Counted from the stretch's first letter, positions 25,579 through 40,513 are shown. The stretch: 64,000 nucleotides of DNA from Octopus vulgaris (GCA_951406725.2 OX597821.1:47368001-47432000); one strand, 5' to 3'. Notes: generated from the sequence alone by a model not told the origin. Made by a program: numbers and translations.

Positions 25579-26165
25579 CTGCAACAGGAAAAAAATAATT
25601 GTAATAATGACAATAATGAAATAACAACAGAAACAGTGGTAATAATAAATTTTTCGGACTTAAGCAGAAGGATGGCAATTTAGTTGGGAAAGCACAAGTT
25701 GATGCAGTCAACTGCTATTATATTTTATCGACACTGTGAAGTCAAACTTTGCCTTTCATCCCCGAAGAGATGAAAAGCAAAAGGAAAGGAATGCAGCAGC
25801 AACGCCACCACCAGGTATACTTAATGCAATTGTGAAAATGTTGTTAAAGAGACCATATACCAGTCACTGGTTTATAGTCAATGAGGGAGTACAAGCAGAT
25901 ATCATAGCCAATAACTTCCAGAATAGCTAGAGTGTTGTTAACAAGAACAAGAGAGCTGCTTCAGAGTGAAGCAATAGCAGGGATAACAAACTGAAAGACC
26001 AAGTTATGATAACAGCATAAAGAGTTCAAATACAACTGATTGAGAAGATGATTAGATGCAACACAGTTCAGATTTATGCCAGATTGATGGCAGGGGTCAC
26101 TGAATCCCACTTCTTAGACAACAATAGGACTTGACGACTTGCATGTGTGTGTGTGTGTGTATATA

Positions 26166-26393
26166 GGCGGCGAGCTGGCAGAAACGTTAGCACGCTGGGC
26201 GAAATGCGTAGCCGTATTTCGTCTATAGTTACGTTTCGAGTTCTAATTCTGCCGAGGTCGACTTTGCCTTTCATCCTTTCGGGGTCGATAAATTAAGTAC
26301 CAGTTACGCACTGGGGTCGATGTAATCGACTTAATCTCTTTGTCTGTCCTTGTTTGTCCCCTCTGTGTTTAGCCCCTTGTGGGTAGTAAAGAA
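26166..26393 (+). mobile_element. SINE family B, full length
   Basis: GGCGGCGAGCTGGCAGAAACG head (A box) and GAGTTCTAATTC (B box). Central GACTTTGCCTTTCATCCTTTCGGGGTCGATAAATTAAGTACCAG. Flanked by (TG)/(TA) repeats. Confidence 0.88.
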
Positions 26394-26791
26394 GTATATA
26401 TATACACACACACACACACACACAGACATATATACATTGACATGCACATTGGGTATGAGGTCGTGAAAGTCAATGATTAATGTTGGTGGTTGATGAAATC
26501 CTTTTGTTTGTCTCCTTAACTGAGGATAAATCAGCTATTTATTTTAATGTCTTTTTAATTACACTTCCTAACACCACTGTGTCTGTAGAAACCTCACATT
26601 ACTTTGGTGTCTAAATTTGAACCATAAATTAAATTGCTAAATCAATTCAGATTTTCCCAGAGTATATTTCAATAATCTTTTATCTTTGTTTCTTAATTGC
26701 CAGTTTTAGACCATGCCTTCTAAATCTGTTACAAATTTGAATGTAGAACTTGAAAGCAACATTAGACCAATAAATGTTGCTCTGTCTAGAT

Positions 26792-29387
26792 CAGTGGTTT
26801 TCAACCAGGGTTCTGCCAGTACAGTCCAGGGGTTCCGCAAGAAGTTACATAAATGCTAAACTCAACAGTAATTTTTAATTCTCCTGTGCAGATATCTATG
26901 TACATGTTAGGCCTATGTGTACATCTACGATTTGCACACCAGCGTAGATGACCCTCACCCTTGGTGTGTACATGTATGTGCACATCTACGAGTTGCATGC
27001 CAGCTTAGATGATGGTTTAGTTTTCTTTTGTAAAATACGAGTGACTATATTTGGAAGAAACATTTTAACTGTGTAAGCCATTTAGGTGTTGTTGTTAATA
27101 TGCCTTTTAAAAGATCTTTAGCTTTTTAAAAGGCGTTTTTGTAAAATCTTTTTCTTGTATGACGTCTATTAATATTTGGTCAAATGTTAAGATTAAAAAA
27201 TTCGAAAGAGAGTTGAATTACATATGTAGAATAAAAAAAGAAATAGGGAAACTGATACTAAATTATAAGATGTGTAAATATGCATAACTATTAGTTCCTT
27301 ACAAATTTCTGAATTAGAACAATGAACAAATAAACGACATTTTAAATTCAAATCCGAAAATCTATTTTATTATTATATGCATATTGTTTAAATATAATCA
27401 AATACCTATTACTAAAAAAACATTAATAAAAATAGCTAAATTTTACATCATTAAACTTGCTACACTTTAAAGATCATTTTGTCCTGCCACTATTTGGTTT
27501 GCTTTTATATATATATATATATACCATTCTGCTTACTGCTTTCTGAAAAAACGTAAGTTAGATACATATGAAGAGACACAGGGTCTGAGGCAGTCTGTTG
27601 AAGCTGCAGCCACTGCAAGTAATGCTGCCTCATCGAAATTACCAAGAAATGATGGAAATACCCTGCAACTAAAAGTTCGTCAATATTGTGAAAACTACAT
27701 AGCTCTGGGATTTACTTGGACTGGAAACCCAAACTACCCTTAACCTTTGTGTACTATTTCTGGGGAGAAGCTGGCTAATAGTGCTATGGCACCAGCCAAA
27801 CTGAAACGACACTTAACGACTAAACATCCAGAGTTGTCAGGCAAAAAAGAACAATATTTTAAAAGAGAATTGGCATTTAATAAAAGGCAAGTTTCTATGT
27901 TTGCCAAAAAGTTCAAGTTGAATGACAAAGGACAAGAAGCAATGATGAAGCTATTGTAGAAGACATCCTGTGTTGCAAAGAGTTGCCAGAAACAAGAAAA
28001 GGACAAGATGTATTTGATGTTTTAAATTCATATTTAGAGTATTGTGGATAGAACTGGAAAAACTGTGTTGGTATTTGTACAGATGGTGCCCCTGCAATGA
28101 CAGGATGTCTTAAAGGCTTTGTCCCAATCGCACAAAAACAGAATCCAAATGTTTCATTCATAGAGAAGCACTAGTTGCTAAAACTCTTGGACCTGAACTA
28201 AAATCTGTATTGGATATGGTAGTGAAAATAGATAATTACTTCAAAATGAGGCCACTTAAATGTCGATAGTTTGTGAAACTTTGTGTGGGTATGGAAGCAG
28301 ACCATTCCACCTTAATCCAGCACACAGAAATACGATGGTTGTCAAGGGGAAAAGTATAGTCTCGTTTTTACGAATTAAGAGAAGAGTTATTGACCTTTTG
28401 TTTGCAAGAAAACCTGAAAGACTTTGTAGAATGTTTGAGTGATGACCATTGGTGTTCCAAGTTAGCATATCTTGCCAATATATTTCATGAGCTAAGCCTC
28501 TTGAACAATGGCATGCAGAGCAGGAACGAAAATATCTTGTCTTCTACTGACAAAATAAATACTTTTCAGAAGAAATTGACAATATGGAAGAAATGCATAG
28601 CTGCAGGAAATTTGAAAATGTTTTCAAGAGTTTTTAAAAGGAATTGTCAAGAAACTGCACTACTGATTTTGAACCATTTGCACACTTTGTTAACAAATCT
28701 TGACAAATATTTTCCATCGATATCTGTTGACCAGTATGACTGGATTAGAAACCCATTTGTGGAATTTGAGCCATTTGAAGAACAGTTCACATTAACAGAA
28801 GAAGAAGAACTTGCCAGTGTTTTAAATGACAGAACATTAAAGTTGAAGCATTCTGAGCTTCACCTGAATGCATTTTGGTTGCTGGTTGAAAAGGAGTATC
28901 CTGCAATCGCCCAGAAAGTGCTGTGACTTCTTGTGCAGTTTTCAACCTCCTACTTTTGTGAATTTGGATTTTCAACCCTGACAACCATCAAGCACAAGAA
29001 ACGAGCACAATTGCTGTCTGTGGAAGATGAACTTCATGTGTGTCTATCAAAAGCATGACCCAATCTTAAAGAGTTGTGCAAGAAACACCAGGCTCAAGTT
29101 TCTCATTGAGTTTTTGATGAGAATAAATGTAACCTATTCAAACTAAAGTTTTTTAATACATGTTTCAATAATAACTGTAGATGCAAGAATAAAATTGCAT
29201 ATGTACATGACAATTTTTTTTACAGTTTGTGTTTTCATTGTAAATAAATCTGAACGTGAGTATTTTCATTTCATTAATTAAATGCTGTTTTTTTGCATAA
29301 GACAATTAAATTATTGCACAGGGGTTCCTCGAGCCAGTGGAATGTTTCCTTGGGGTTCCGCTCCAGCAAAAAGGTTGAAAAGCACTG
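26792..29387 (+). mobile_element. hAT transposon, Buster/Charlie family, internally deleted transposase pseudogene
   Basis: TIRs CAGTG(G/C)TTTTCAACC and a perfect 8-bp TSD GTCTAGAT (26784-26791, 29388-29395). Decayed BED finger (YIALGFT...LCTISGEKLANSAMAPAKLKRHLTTKH), ICTDGAPAMTG, HTEIRWLSRGK, KLAYLANIF and dimerization motif FSTSYFCEFGFS. Confidence 0.97.
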
Positions 29388-29715
29388 GTCTAGATCAACT
29401 GTTTAAAATCTTACTTGTTCAACATTTTACCTGACAACATTAAATAATATTTTCTTGAAATAGCTATCGCAAAATTTAACAACCATTCATATTTATTATT
29501 CTATACCCACACAAAGGATTCACTGGTGAGTTGGACTGATGATTACAAATTAAATATCGTACTTGCATATATATGCTATCCAGCCAGCACTTGAAGCCTA
29601 TAACATTGCTTTATTTCACCATGAGATCCATGTTTGTACCTAACCATTTTCTGAGATCTTATATGTTGATATTCATTGATACACAAAGAATCCTTACAAC
29701 TAATTCATACACATT

Positions 29716-29758
<43 letters not shown>

Positions 29759-29762
<4 letters not shown>

Positions 29763-30670
29763 TCATCATTTAACGTCCGCCTTCCATGCTAGCATGGGTT
29801 GGACGATTTTGACTGAGGGCTGGCGAACCAGATGGTTGCACCAGGCTCCAATCTTGATCTTGCAGAGTTTCTACAGCTGGATGCCCTTCCTAACACCAAC
29901 CACTCCGAGAGTGTAGTGGGTGCTTTTTACATGTCACTGGCACAGGGCCAGTCAGGCGGTACTGCCAATGACCTCATTCGAATCTTTTTACACATGCTAC
30001 CAGCACAGGCGCCAGTAAGGCGATGTTGGTAACGATTACGCTCAAATGGTACTCTTTTACGTGCCGCTGGCACGGAGCCAGTTGGCTGCTCTGACAATGA
30101 TCATGCTCGGGTGATGCTCTTGGCACCCTACTAGCACGGGTACAAGTACCGGTAAGGCGACACTGGTAACAATCACACTCGAATGGTGCCCTTTTATGTG
30201 CCACTGGCATGGAAGCCGGTTAGCCGCTCTGTCAATGATCACCTTCGTATGGTGCTCTTTGCATCCTGCTAGTACAGATGCCAGTTGTCGAATTTGATTT
30301 TGATTTCACTTGCCTCAACAGGTCTTTGCAAGTAGAGTTTAGTGTCCAAGGAAGGAAAAGGTATGCATAAGCGGGCTGGTTACGCTCCTGGCATAGGCTA
30401 CAGGTTATGGTCTCACTTGGCTTGCCGGGTCTTCTCAAGCACAGCATATTTCCAAAGGTCTCAGTCACTAGTCCTTGCCTCGGTGAGGCCTAATGTTTGA
30501 AGGTCGTGCTTCATCACTTCATCCCAGGTCTTCCTGGGTCTACCTCTTCCATAGGTTCCCTCAACTGCTAGGGTGTGGCACTTTTTCACACAGCTATCCT
30601 CATCCGTTCTCGCCACATGACCATACCAGCGCAGCCGTCTCTCTTGTACACCACATCTAATGCTTCTTAG
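29759..30670 (-). mobile_element. 5'-truncated RTE LINE (ORF end and 3' UTR)
   Basis: Homologous to 45167-45946. (GAT)n tail inserted in (TA)n. Confidence 0.93.
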
Positions 30671-30774
30671 TACATATATATATATATATTTATATATATA
30701 TATATATATATATAAATATATACTAGCATAGATACCTAGCCTTGATCGGGATTAACATGGGTTAGTTTTTTTTT

Positions 30775-31045
30775 ATTGTTTTACCTGTTTCAGTCATGTG
30801 ACTGTGACCATGCTGGAGCACCACCTTTGGCTGAAAAAAATTCACCACAGGATTTATTCTTTGTAATCCTAGTATTGATTTTATCTGTCATCTGCTAAAT
30901 TGCTAAGTTATGGAAATGTAAACACAGCAACATCGGTTGTCAAGCAGTGGTGGGGGTAAAAATGCAGATACACACAAATATACAACAGTCTTCTTTCAGT
31001 TGCTGTGTACAAAATCCATTTGCAAGGCTTTTGGTCAGCCTGAGG

Positions 31046-31046
<1 letters not shown>
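30775..31046 (-). mobile_element. Headless SINE family A, broken by (TA)n
   Basis: Tail and body match family A. Ends at ggtcagcctgaggct, where the TA array begins. Confidence 0.8.
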
Positions 31047-32150
<1,104 letters not shown>

Positions 32151-32289
32151 GTTCGATTTGAAAACCCCACTAGAATGGGAGAAAGCGCTAATATATGATC
32201 TAAGTTATATGATGTATAAAAACATATAATATACAAATAAATATCTGTAAATATAAAACCATCCGAATTTCTGAGTACCTCATTTCTTA

Positions 32290-32292
<3 letters not shown>
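32151..32292 (+). mobile_element. Short repeat with hammerhead-like motif (probable Penelope-like terminal repeat)
   Basis: Homologous to 38040-38172 on the minus strand. TTGAAAA-16 nt stem-loop-GAAA-GCGC-TA followed by AATAAA. Confidence 0.6.
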
Positions 32293-32318
<26 letters not shown>

Positions 32319-32322
<4 letters not shown>

Positions 32323-33350
32323 AGCATTAAAGACCCGTCGTTGCTGGGTCATAGTGCTAGTGCATGTATATATGTGTATATATATGTGTACATATTACAT
32401 GTACATCTATATATATATACATCTACACATAAAATACAAAATACAAAGTTATATCTTGATATCACTAGTGATAACAATACTCAAAATATATAACAGACTG
32501 GAATTGTTAGCCCGTCTCTTGTAATTTCAATCAATTGTATGTTGTCCTCCCTCTTGTATAGAAATGTGGCTACAATCCACCCTACCTCTAATTCGGGGGG
32601 TGGTGGCATTTAAAAATTTTTTTCCAGGATGTCCTACGTCCCAGATATAAACGTAAAAATAAAATATTTCCACTTTGCAAGTTCGAGTTGAGTACTCCCT
32701 TGCACGCTCTGTTGACTCGAACCTTGTTTCTATTGTGGCGAATTTACCACCTCTGATTAGATACCTTTCATAGTCGCACCAAGACACTTTCCGAAGGTGC
32801 TTTCCTCCATGTTTTCAAATCTTTTTTCTCTACATTGTATACTTTATAGACAATAGTCTTTTCTTTAATTTAATTTTTTATTATCCATCTGGACTTTTCC
32901 ATTTTTGCACGCTAATTTTATTTTTAATTTATTCCCATTCATGTGAAACCACCTATTCAAGTTCAAGTCATTGATGCAATTTTATACCAATTGCTATTTT
33001 TACTTTTGTTATGTTACGATTATATTATACTTTAGTTTGATTTTAATTATTACTTACTACATATAATTCAATTGTTATTATTATTTTTATTGTTTAAGTG
33101 AAAGTATCTGACATAAAATAGAGAAATGTTTTTGTTTCACTTTTAACACGTAATACTGAAATAGTGGAGAAGATATGATATTGCTGTGGGCTCGCCCTAG
33201 GCAAAAAGTTAAAAATCTTTTTGCCGACACTCTCTGGACCCTAAGTAAGGCATGTGTAAAATTTGAATGAAATTGGTAGTGTAGTTCTCAAGTTTTAGGG
33301 AAACACACTGACAGACAGATACACATTCTCCGTTTTATATATATAAAGAT
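32319..33350 (+). mobile_element. Non-autonomous Helitron-like element (Lep1/DINE-1 type)
   Basis: 5' hairpin gacccgtcgttgctgggtc, core gtaaaatttgaatgaaattggt, (GACA)n and 3' end ttttatatatataaagat. The 3' part is repeated at 41040-41275. Confidence 0.7.
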
Positions 33351-33734
33351 ATATATATGTATATATATATGTATATATTTATGTTTATATATGTGTGCAT
33401 ATATATGTATATATATATGTATATATGTCTATATGTGTATATTTATGTATAAGAGTAAAAAAAAGACAGACAGGAAAAAGGAAAATGTCCGTTACATTTG
33501 AAAACTATGGAAATATTTTAAAAAACATTTAATTTAATTTAATTTTTCCACAATTTAATTGTTTTTCATGCTTTACTCTAAGTTGAAAAAGTCACAAAGA
33601 ATGAAACCAGTACTAAAATGTTCTTCATGATAAAATTATTTTTGCATTTTCTGCTTTGTCTCCTTTTCCTTATACATATCAACTCGCGTGTTCTTTTTCA
33701 GTCTTCAACATATATACCTACGTATATATACATA

Positions 33735-33779
<45 letters not shown>

Positions 33780-33780
33780 A

Positions 33781-36700
33781 ATCATCGTTTAACGTCCTCT
33801 TTCCATGCTAGCATGGGTTGGACTATTTGATTGAGGACTGGCGAACCAGATGGCTGCACCAGGCTCCAATCTGTTCTGGCAGAGTTTCTACAGCTAGATA
33901 CCCTTCCTAACACCAACCACTCTGAGAGTGTAGTGGGTGATTTTATGTGCCACCGGCATGCGGGCCAGTCAGGTGGTACTGGCAGTGACCATGCTCAAAT
34001 GGTGCTTTTTATGTGCCACCTGCACAGGAGCCAGTCCAGTGGCACTGGCAATGACCTCGTTCAAATGTTTTTTTCACGTGCCACCAGCATAAGTGCCAGT
34101 AAGGCAATGCAGGTAACAATCATGCTCGGATGGTGCTTTTTATTTGCCATCGGTAGGGAGGCCAGCTTGTTGCTCTGGCAATGATCACGCTCATATGGTA
34201 CTCTTAGCACTCCACTAGTACTGATGCCAGTCATCGAATTTGATTTCGATTTCAATTTTACTTGCCTCAACAGGTCTTTGCAAGCAGAGTTTAGTGTCCA
34301 GTGAGGGAAAGGTATGCATGAAGCGGGCTGGTTGCACCCCTGGCAGAGGCCAAAACGTTATGGTCTCACTTAAGATTGCCGAGTCTTCTCAAGCACAGCA
34401 TATTTCCAAAGGTCTCAGTCACTAGTCATTGCCTCGGTGAGGCCCAATGTTTGAAGATCATCCTACACCACCTCATCCCAGGTCTTCCAGGGTCTACCAC
34501 TTACACAGGTTCTCTCAACCGCTAGGGTGTGGAAATTTTTCCCAGAGCTACCCACATCCATTCTCGCCACATGGTCATACCAGAACAGTCGTCTCACTTG
34601 CACACCACATCTGATACTTCTTAGGTAACAGAAGCTAACAAGTACTTCTAGTTTTTCTCCCTGGAATGTGGTGGAAGTTGTTCTCTGTACATTTTCAGTG
34701 TTTATTGCTCCTGAGCATCTGGCACATACAAAAACTATCTTCCCAGTTAACCTGCCTTTGATATTGCTGCACCTCTTATATGTCCATAGCTTACACTGGG
34801 TACATCTTATATAGTTTCTACCTATGCCTTTTGTACAGGTGGAACAGGGCCAACTACATGAAGGGATTTGTGGTTTGCCTGACTTCCTACTTATTAGAGA
34901 CTTTGGTTTTAGCTAGGTTGACTCTAAGGCCCTTCAATTCTAATCTTTGCTTCCACACTTGAAATTTCTCTAGTTCTGATAGTGACTCAGCAATTAGAGC
35001 AAGGTCATCAGCATAGAGTAGCTCCCAGGGGCAACTTGTCTTGAATTCCTCCATTATTGCCTGAAAGACTATGATAAATAGGACGGGGCCGAGGGCTGAA
35101 CCTTGGTGGACCCCTACCTCTACCCGGAATTCTTCAATGTACTTGTTGCTAACCCTCACCTTACTGACAGCATCCCTGTACATGGCTTGCACACCTCTCA
35201 CTAACCATTCACCTATCCCTAGTTTCCTCATTGATCATCAGAGAAGGGATCGGGGGACCCTGTCAAAGGCATTCTCCATGTCAACGAAAGCCAGGTACAG
35301 AGGTTTATGTTTAGCTAGGTATTTCTCCTGCAGCTGTCTTACCAGAAATATAGCATCAGTGGTGCTTTTCCTTGGCATGAACCCAAACCGCATCTCATCT
35401 AAACTGACTCTCTCCCTAATCAGTTGGGTTATGACCCATTCCATGACCTTCATTACCTGATCCAATAGCTTGATACCTCTGTAATTATTTGTCTCTAAAG
35501 CATCACTTTTACCTTTGTAGCAGTTGACTATTATACTGCTACACCAGTCATTGGGTATGACTCCTTCTTGTATCACCTGGTTAACTATACAGGTGACTAG
35601 GCTATAGCCAACACTGCCAGATATTTTGAGCATCTCTGCAATAATTTCTGATGGGCGGGGGCTTTCCCTGTCTTCATACCCTTAATTGCTTTATCTACCA
35701 AGGTACTGTCAACTCAAATAGCTGGTCCCTCTGTTGGGTTGACATTCAGCAGACTCATTTTCTCCCATTCATTTTCTTTATTTAGCAACCTTTCATAGTG
35801 GCATCTCCAAACCCCTCGCTTTGCAGCCTCATTTAGTGCAAGAGAACCATCGTCCATGCAGACACATTTTTCTCCTACAACATCACAATTCTCTCTCACA
35901 TACTGTCTTGCAACATGAAATGTGTCGAGACTTTGGTCCTCACGGTGCAGAACATTGGCAAATGTTTCTTATTTGCTTTCCCTCTGGCTAAATAAACCTG
36001 TCTCCTAGCTCCCCTTCTGGCAGTTTGATACAATTCCATGCTATCATCATTCTTCCAGTCCTTCCAAGCCTGTTTCTTTTCTCTAATAGCCCTAACTACA
36101 ACAATGTTCCACCACTACGTTATTTTGTCTTCTACACCGTGTGAAGCTATATCCCCTTCTATTTCAAAGGCTTCAAGTAATATGTCTCTAAATCTCTGTC
36201 CATTCGCAGAATCTTTAAGCTTCCAGACCCTTCTCCTCCATGCTGGTCGTCTGGGCATCTACTTAACCCTGATCCTGAAGTTGTGGGGTACATTCTTCAC
36301 CTGGGAAGGTTTTGGCGTTTATAAGCAGCCATATTTCCCTTTTTCTGGTGAGGATGTAGTTAATATGGCTAGTGTGTCTGCCAGATCAGTAGGTGACTGG
36401 CAGGTTTCCTGAAGTTAGTATTGCAAACCATAAGATCATTTGCATCACAGAACTCCAGCAGCCTGGTTCCCTCCTCGTTGCAGGAACCATAACCGTAGCC
36501 TCCATGTACGCCATGGAAGCCCCCTGTTTGTTATCCAACATGTCCATGAAGTCACAAAGAGAAGGTCCCTGTCATTCGTCAACAAGGTTGTCTGCAAGAG
36601 GGTGTCATAGAATCAGTCTTTATGTCCAGTATTGTGTCGCATACTCTGACTACCTTGATTACCTTATCTACCCATTTCTCTGCAAGAATAATACCCACAC

Positions 36701-36950
36701 CCCCAACCCCATCAGTGTTCCCTGCCCAGAAAATCTTGTACCTGCATTCTTTGCCTGTGAGGAACCTAGCAGAACCTCCTCTCCACCTTACTTCTTGGAT
36801 GCAGCACATATCGACACATCTCTGTTCAAGCATCTCAACAATCTCACCAGCCTATCTTTCAGTGAGCTGACGTTGAGAGTGCCAACCCTGAGGTTGTGGG
36901 AGGTATGTGCCTGTGGGACCCTGGGACGTAGGGGCAGTAGCTTCATGTAC
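33781..36950 (-). mobile_element. RTE-clade LINE, near full length with several internal deletions
   Basis: APE domain (LRVGTLNV..LK...DMCCIQEVRWRG), RT domain (VGVHQGSALGPVLF...LLYADDLAL), 3' UTR and GAT tail. Stops and frameshifts. Confidence 0.97.
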
Positions 36951-37999
36951 TTATATACATATATATAAATGTAAATTAGAAATGGAAAAACCAAACAAAA
37001 CTATAAATTGACCAATTATAAATTCAATTCAATGTAAATATTTTATTCAAACAAATGGTACATCTCATCAATGACAACTGTTTCCACTTCATTCATAAAC
37101 AAAGTTTTTCTAGCATAATCAAATCTGTTTGAACATGTAATGATGCCTCATCGGATTAAGATACCTTCTAAACTATTTGACGAAAAATATCAAATGGAAA
37201 TATTTATAATTTCTAAATCTTTACAAAGACACTATATGAACATGCTTAATCATAAATAAGTAAATAATCTAACTGAAGTTTTGTAAATTCACAACTTTAA
37301 ATCAATAACTATTCCATTCTATAATTGGTTTATTGGCACAATACAGACATTTATGTATACACATATTTACACACCTATCATTCATGTATGCATACATACA
37401 TGCATATACATACACACAAGTTTAGTTAATCATCTATAAATATATATATATTTTCCAATTTACATACATATACAATTCATACACACATGTATATATTTTT
37501 GTTAGAACATTATTTTATATATATTAATTCAAAACTAAATATTTTAAACTTGACTATGAGAATGTAGGGGAGGTATCTATTTTTCTGTTTGCATAAACAA
37601 AACAGAAAACAAAATCAATTTGACCCGTCAACGAAAAAAACCTTTAACTATATACATACATCAAAAACAAAGTAATACAATACAAACTAAATGTCCCACA
37701 ACCTAACAACGAGCCAAAACAGCAACAACTTAAATAAGATATATACACTATATCTACATATATACCCCATTATTTCAAAACTCAAATATATATACCTTTA
37801 TCGATACTCATAAAACAATAAGAAAACAAAACCAACTCTAAACAGGCTTAGAAAAATAAATTATATATACATCACAACCCAAATAATATCAATATCTTTA
37901 TTGTTTTAGTTTTGATCCTGCCCTCACGCTTACATGTATATATATTCATACACACATATTATGTGCATATATATATTCATATATATATATATATATATA

Positions 38000-38730
38000 T
38001 ATTAGAAGGTTTGGAGATGATGTACAGGTATTATATATTAGAAGAAATGAGGTACTCAGAAATCTGGATGGTTTTATATTTACAGATATTTATTAGTATG
38101 TTTCATGTTGTTATAAATCATATATCATATAGTAGCGCTTTCGTCCACTCTAGTGGAGTTGTCAAATTGAACCTTTGCAGGAATTTTGTCTCTTTTTATA
38201 GCATTATTGAGTGTGTAGGGTGGGGAGAGATATAAGATAGTATAAAAGGGTGAGGAATAGAGAGAAAGTGAGAGAGTGCACGCACAGATGTGTGTGTGTG
38301 TTTTTGTATCTGAAAGCTGTGTTAAAGAAAAAGAGAAGGAAAGGAAGGAGAGAAAGATGAAAAAATTTGTTGATATCTGTGCAGCTGGTCAGGCTTTCAA
38401 TAGTAAGTAATTCTTGGTTTTTAGCAATGGCAAACCCAACTGGTCACTCCAAGTGGAGCAAAATATCACTTCTCAAAAAATTGTCTGGATTTCCTTTTTA
38501 TCATTGTCTTGTGAAAGAGTGTGTGTGTATATATGTGCGTGTGTGTGTTTGTATCTGAAAGAAGTGTTAAATAAAAAAAGAAGGAAAGGAAAAAGGAGAA
38601 AAAGAAGAAAAAAATTGTTGATATCTTTACAGCTGGTCAGGCTTTCAATAGTAAGTAATTCTTGGCTTTTAGCAATGGCAAACCCAGCTGGTTACTCCAA
38701 CATGTGCAAAATTACAAGTAGTCTCTAACC
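38000..38730 (-). mobile_element. Repeat remnant: about 248-bp tandem duplication followed by a hammerhead-like motif and AATAAA (probable PLE remnant)
   Basis: 38290-38470 is duplicated at 38540-38720. TTGACAA...GAAA-GCGC-TA lies at 38165-38133 and is shared with the 32151 copy. Confidence 0.55.
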
Positions 38731-38794
38731 ATTGTCATTCATGTTGCCAATACCAAAACACATACAGTTACCTATATACATACATATATATATA

Positions 38795-39188
38795 CAGGAG
38801 TGGCTGTGTGGTAAGTAGCTTGCCTACCAACCACATGGTTCTGGGTTCAGTCCCACTGCGTGGCATCTTAAGCAAGTGTCTTCTGCTATAGCCTCGGGCC
38901 GACCAATGCCTTGTGAGTGGATTTGGTAGACGGAAACTGAAAGAAGCCTGTCGTATATATGTATATATATATGTATGTATGTGTATGTATGTTTGTGTGT
39001 CTGTGTTTGTCCCTCTAGCATTGCTTGACAACCGATGCTGGTGTGTTTACGTCCCCGTCACTTAGCGGTTCGGCAAAAGAGACCGATAGAATAAGTACTG
39101 GGCTTACAAAGTCCCGGGGTTGATTTGCTCAACTAAAGACGGTGCTCCAGCATGGCCGCAGTCGAATGACTGAAGCAAGTAAAAGAGT
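38795..39188 (+). mobile_element. tRNA-derived SINE, family A, young
   Basis: Near-identical to 20429-20857. Confidence 0.93.
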
Positions 39189-39334
39189 ATACGATTAATT
39201 TGTTTCAGTTCCTGTCTACGAAATCCATATATATATATATGTATACACACACACACACACAAAGATAAATTGATAGATACAACTGAGTGGGCAAACAAAA
39301 ATATGAGACACTGCGTAGTGCTTTTTTATATTTT

Positions 39335-39628
39335 GATAAGCCTGGTACTTATTCTATCAGTTTCTTCTTGTGATATGGGGATGTAAATAAACGAACACCA
39401 GTTGTGAAGCAGTGATGAGGGAAAAACACAAAGACACACACATAGACTTACATATATACATACATATAATTGATTTCTTTCAGTTTCTGTCTACAAAATC
39501 CACTGACAAGGCTTTGGTTGGTCTGAGGCTATAGCAGAAGACGAATGCCAAGTTACCATACAGTGGGACTGAACTGAGGATCATGTGTTTTGGACCCAAG
39601 TTTGTTACCACACAGCCACACCTGCACC
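39335..39628 (-). mobile_element. SINE family A, older partial copy
   Basis: Head ...cacacagccacacctgcacc and body, diverged. Confidence 0.8.
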
Positions 39629-40513
39629 TATGTATGTGTGTGTGTATGGGTGTATATATGTATGCATGTATATATGTGTATATATATGTGTACATATAAC
39701 ATGTACATCTATATATATATATATACATCTAGACATACATGTATTTACATACATGTATATCTATAGAAATACATCTTTACATATACAGCTATACATATAC
39801 AAGTATATATAAAAATAGGATCACATGCGGTCGCATCGTATAGGGAATATAATCGCACGCGATCCCATTCTTAATGAGTTATTACAAACCATATAATACA
39901 TACAGCAGCGATAGCACACAAGTGGAATGACAACAAGATTTCTTTTTGAGATATATACATTATTTATTTTACATTTTTTACAATCATGTTGGTTGGAAGT
40001 TTGTAAGTGTTAGCATGTTTTTGTGTCTGTGTGTTCGTGAGGCATAAAAGGTACTGACCAGAGAAATAACAATAGAATTTGGTTCACAGCTCATGTTGTT
40101 GGTATCAGCCTAGCAACTGGTAGTAGCAGATGGCTTAAGGTAATTCTTAGAAGAACTAGAACTCAATAATTGATTTACCGTTTATGAGGTACAATGTAAG
40201 AGTTCCATATCAAGATGTTGCGTCTCGTAGTTGAGATTAATTGAATCACTTGTTGTGTTTATCTTTCTCTTGATATGAATATACTTCCAGATGTGTTAAC
40301 TGTAGCCGTTTTTCCCGTGGTGAGATTTTCACCTAACCGCTAGAGTTGAATCTGTGGTTGTCTGGTGTACAAATTAAATCTTCGATGTTTGGTGATGAGT
40401 TGTGTCTGTCGCTTGGTTTTTGCTGCGTCTTCATCATATATTCTGCTTGGTTATTTTTCTCTTGATATAATGGTGGTCGCCTGCCTTTCGAACTGGAACA
40501 TGGTCGAGTATGC

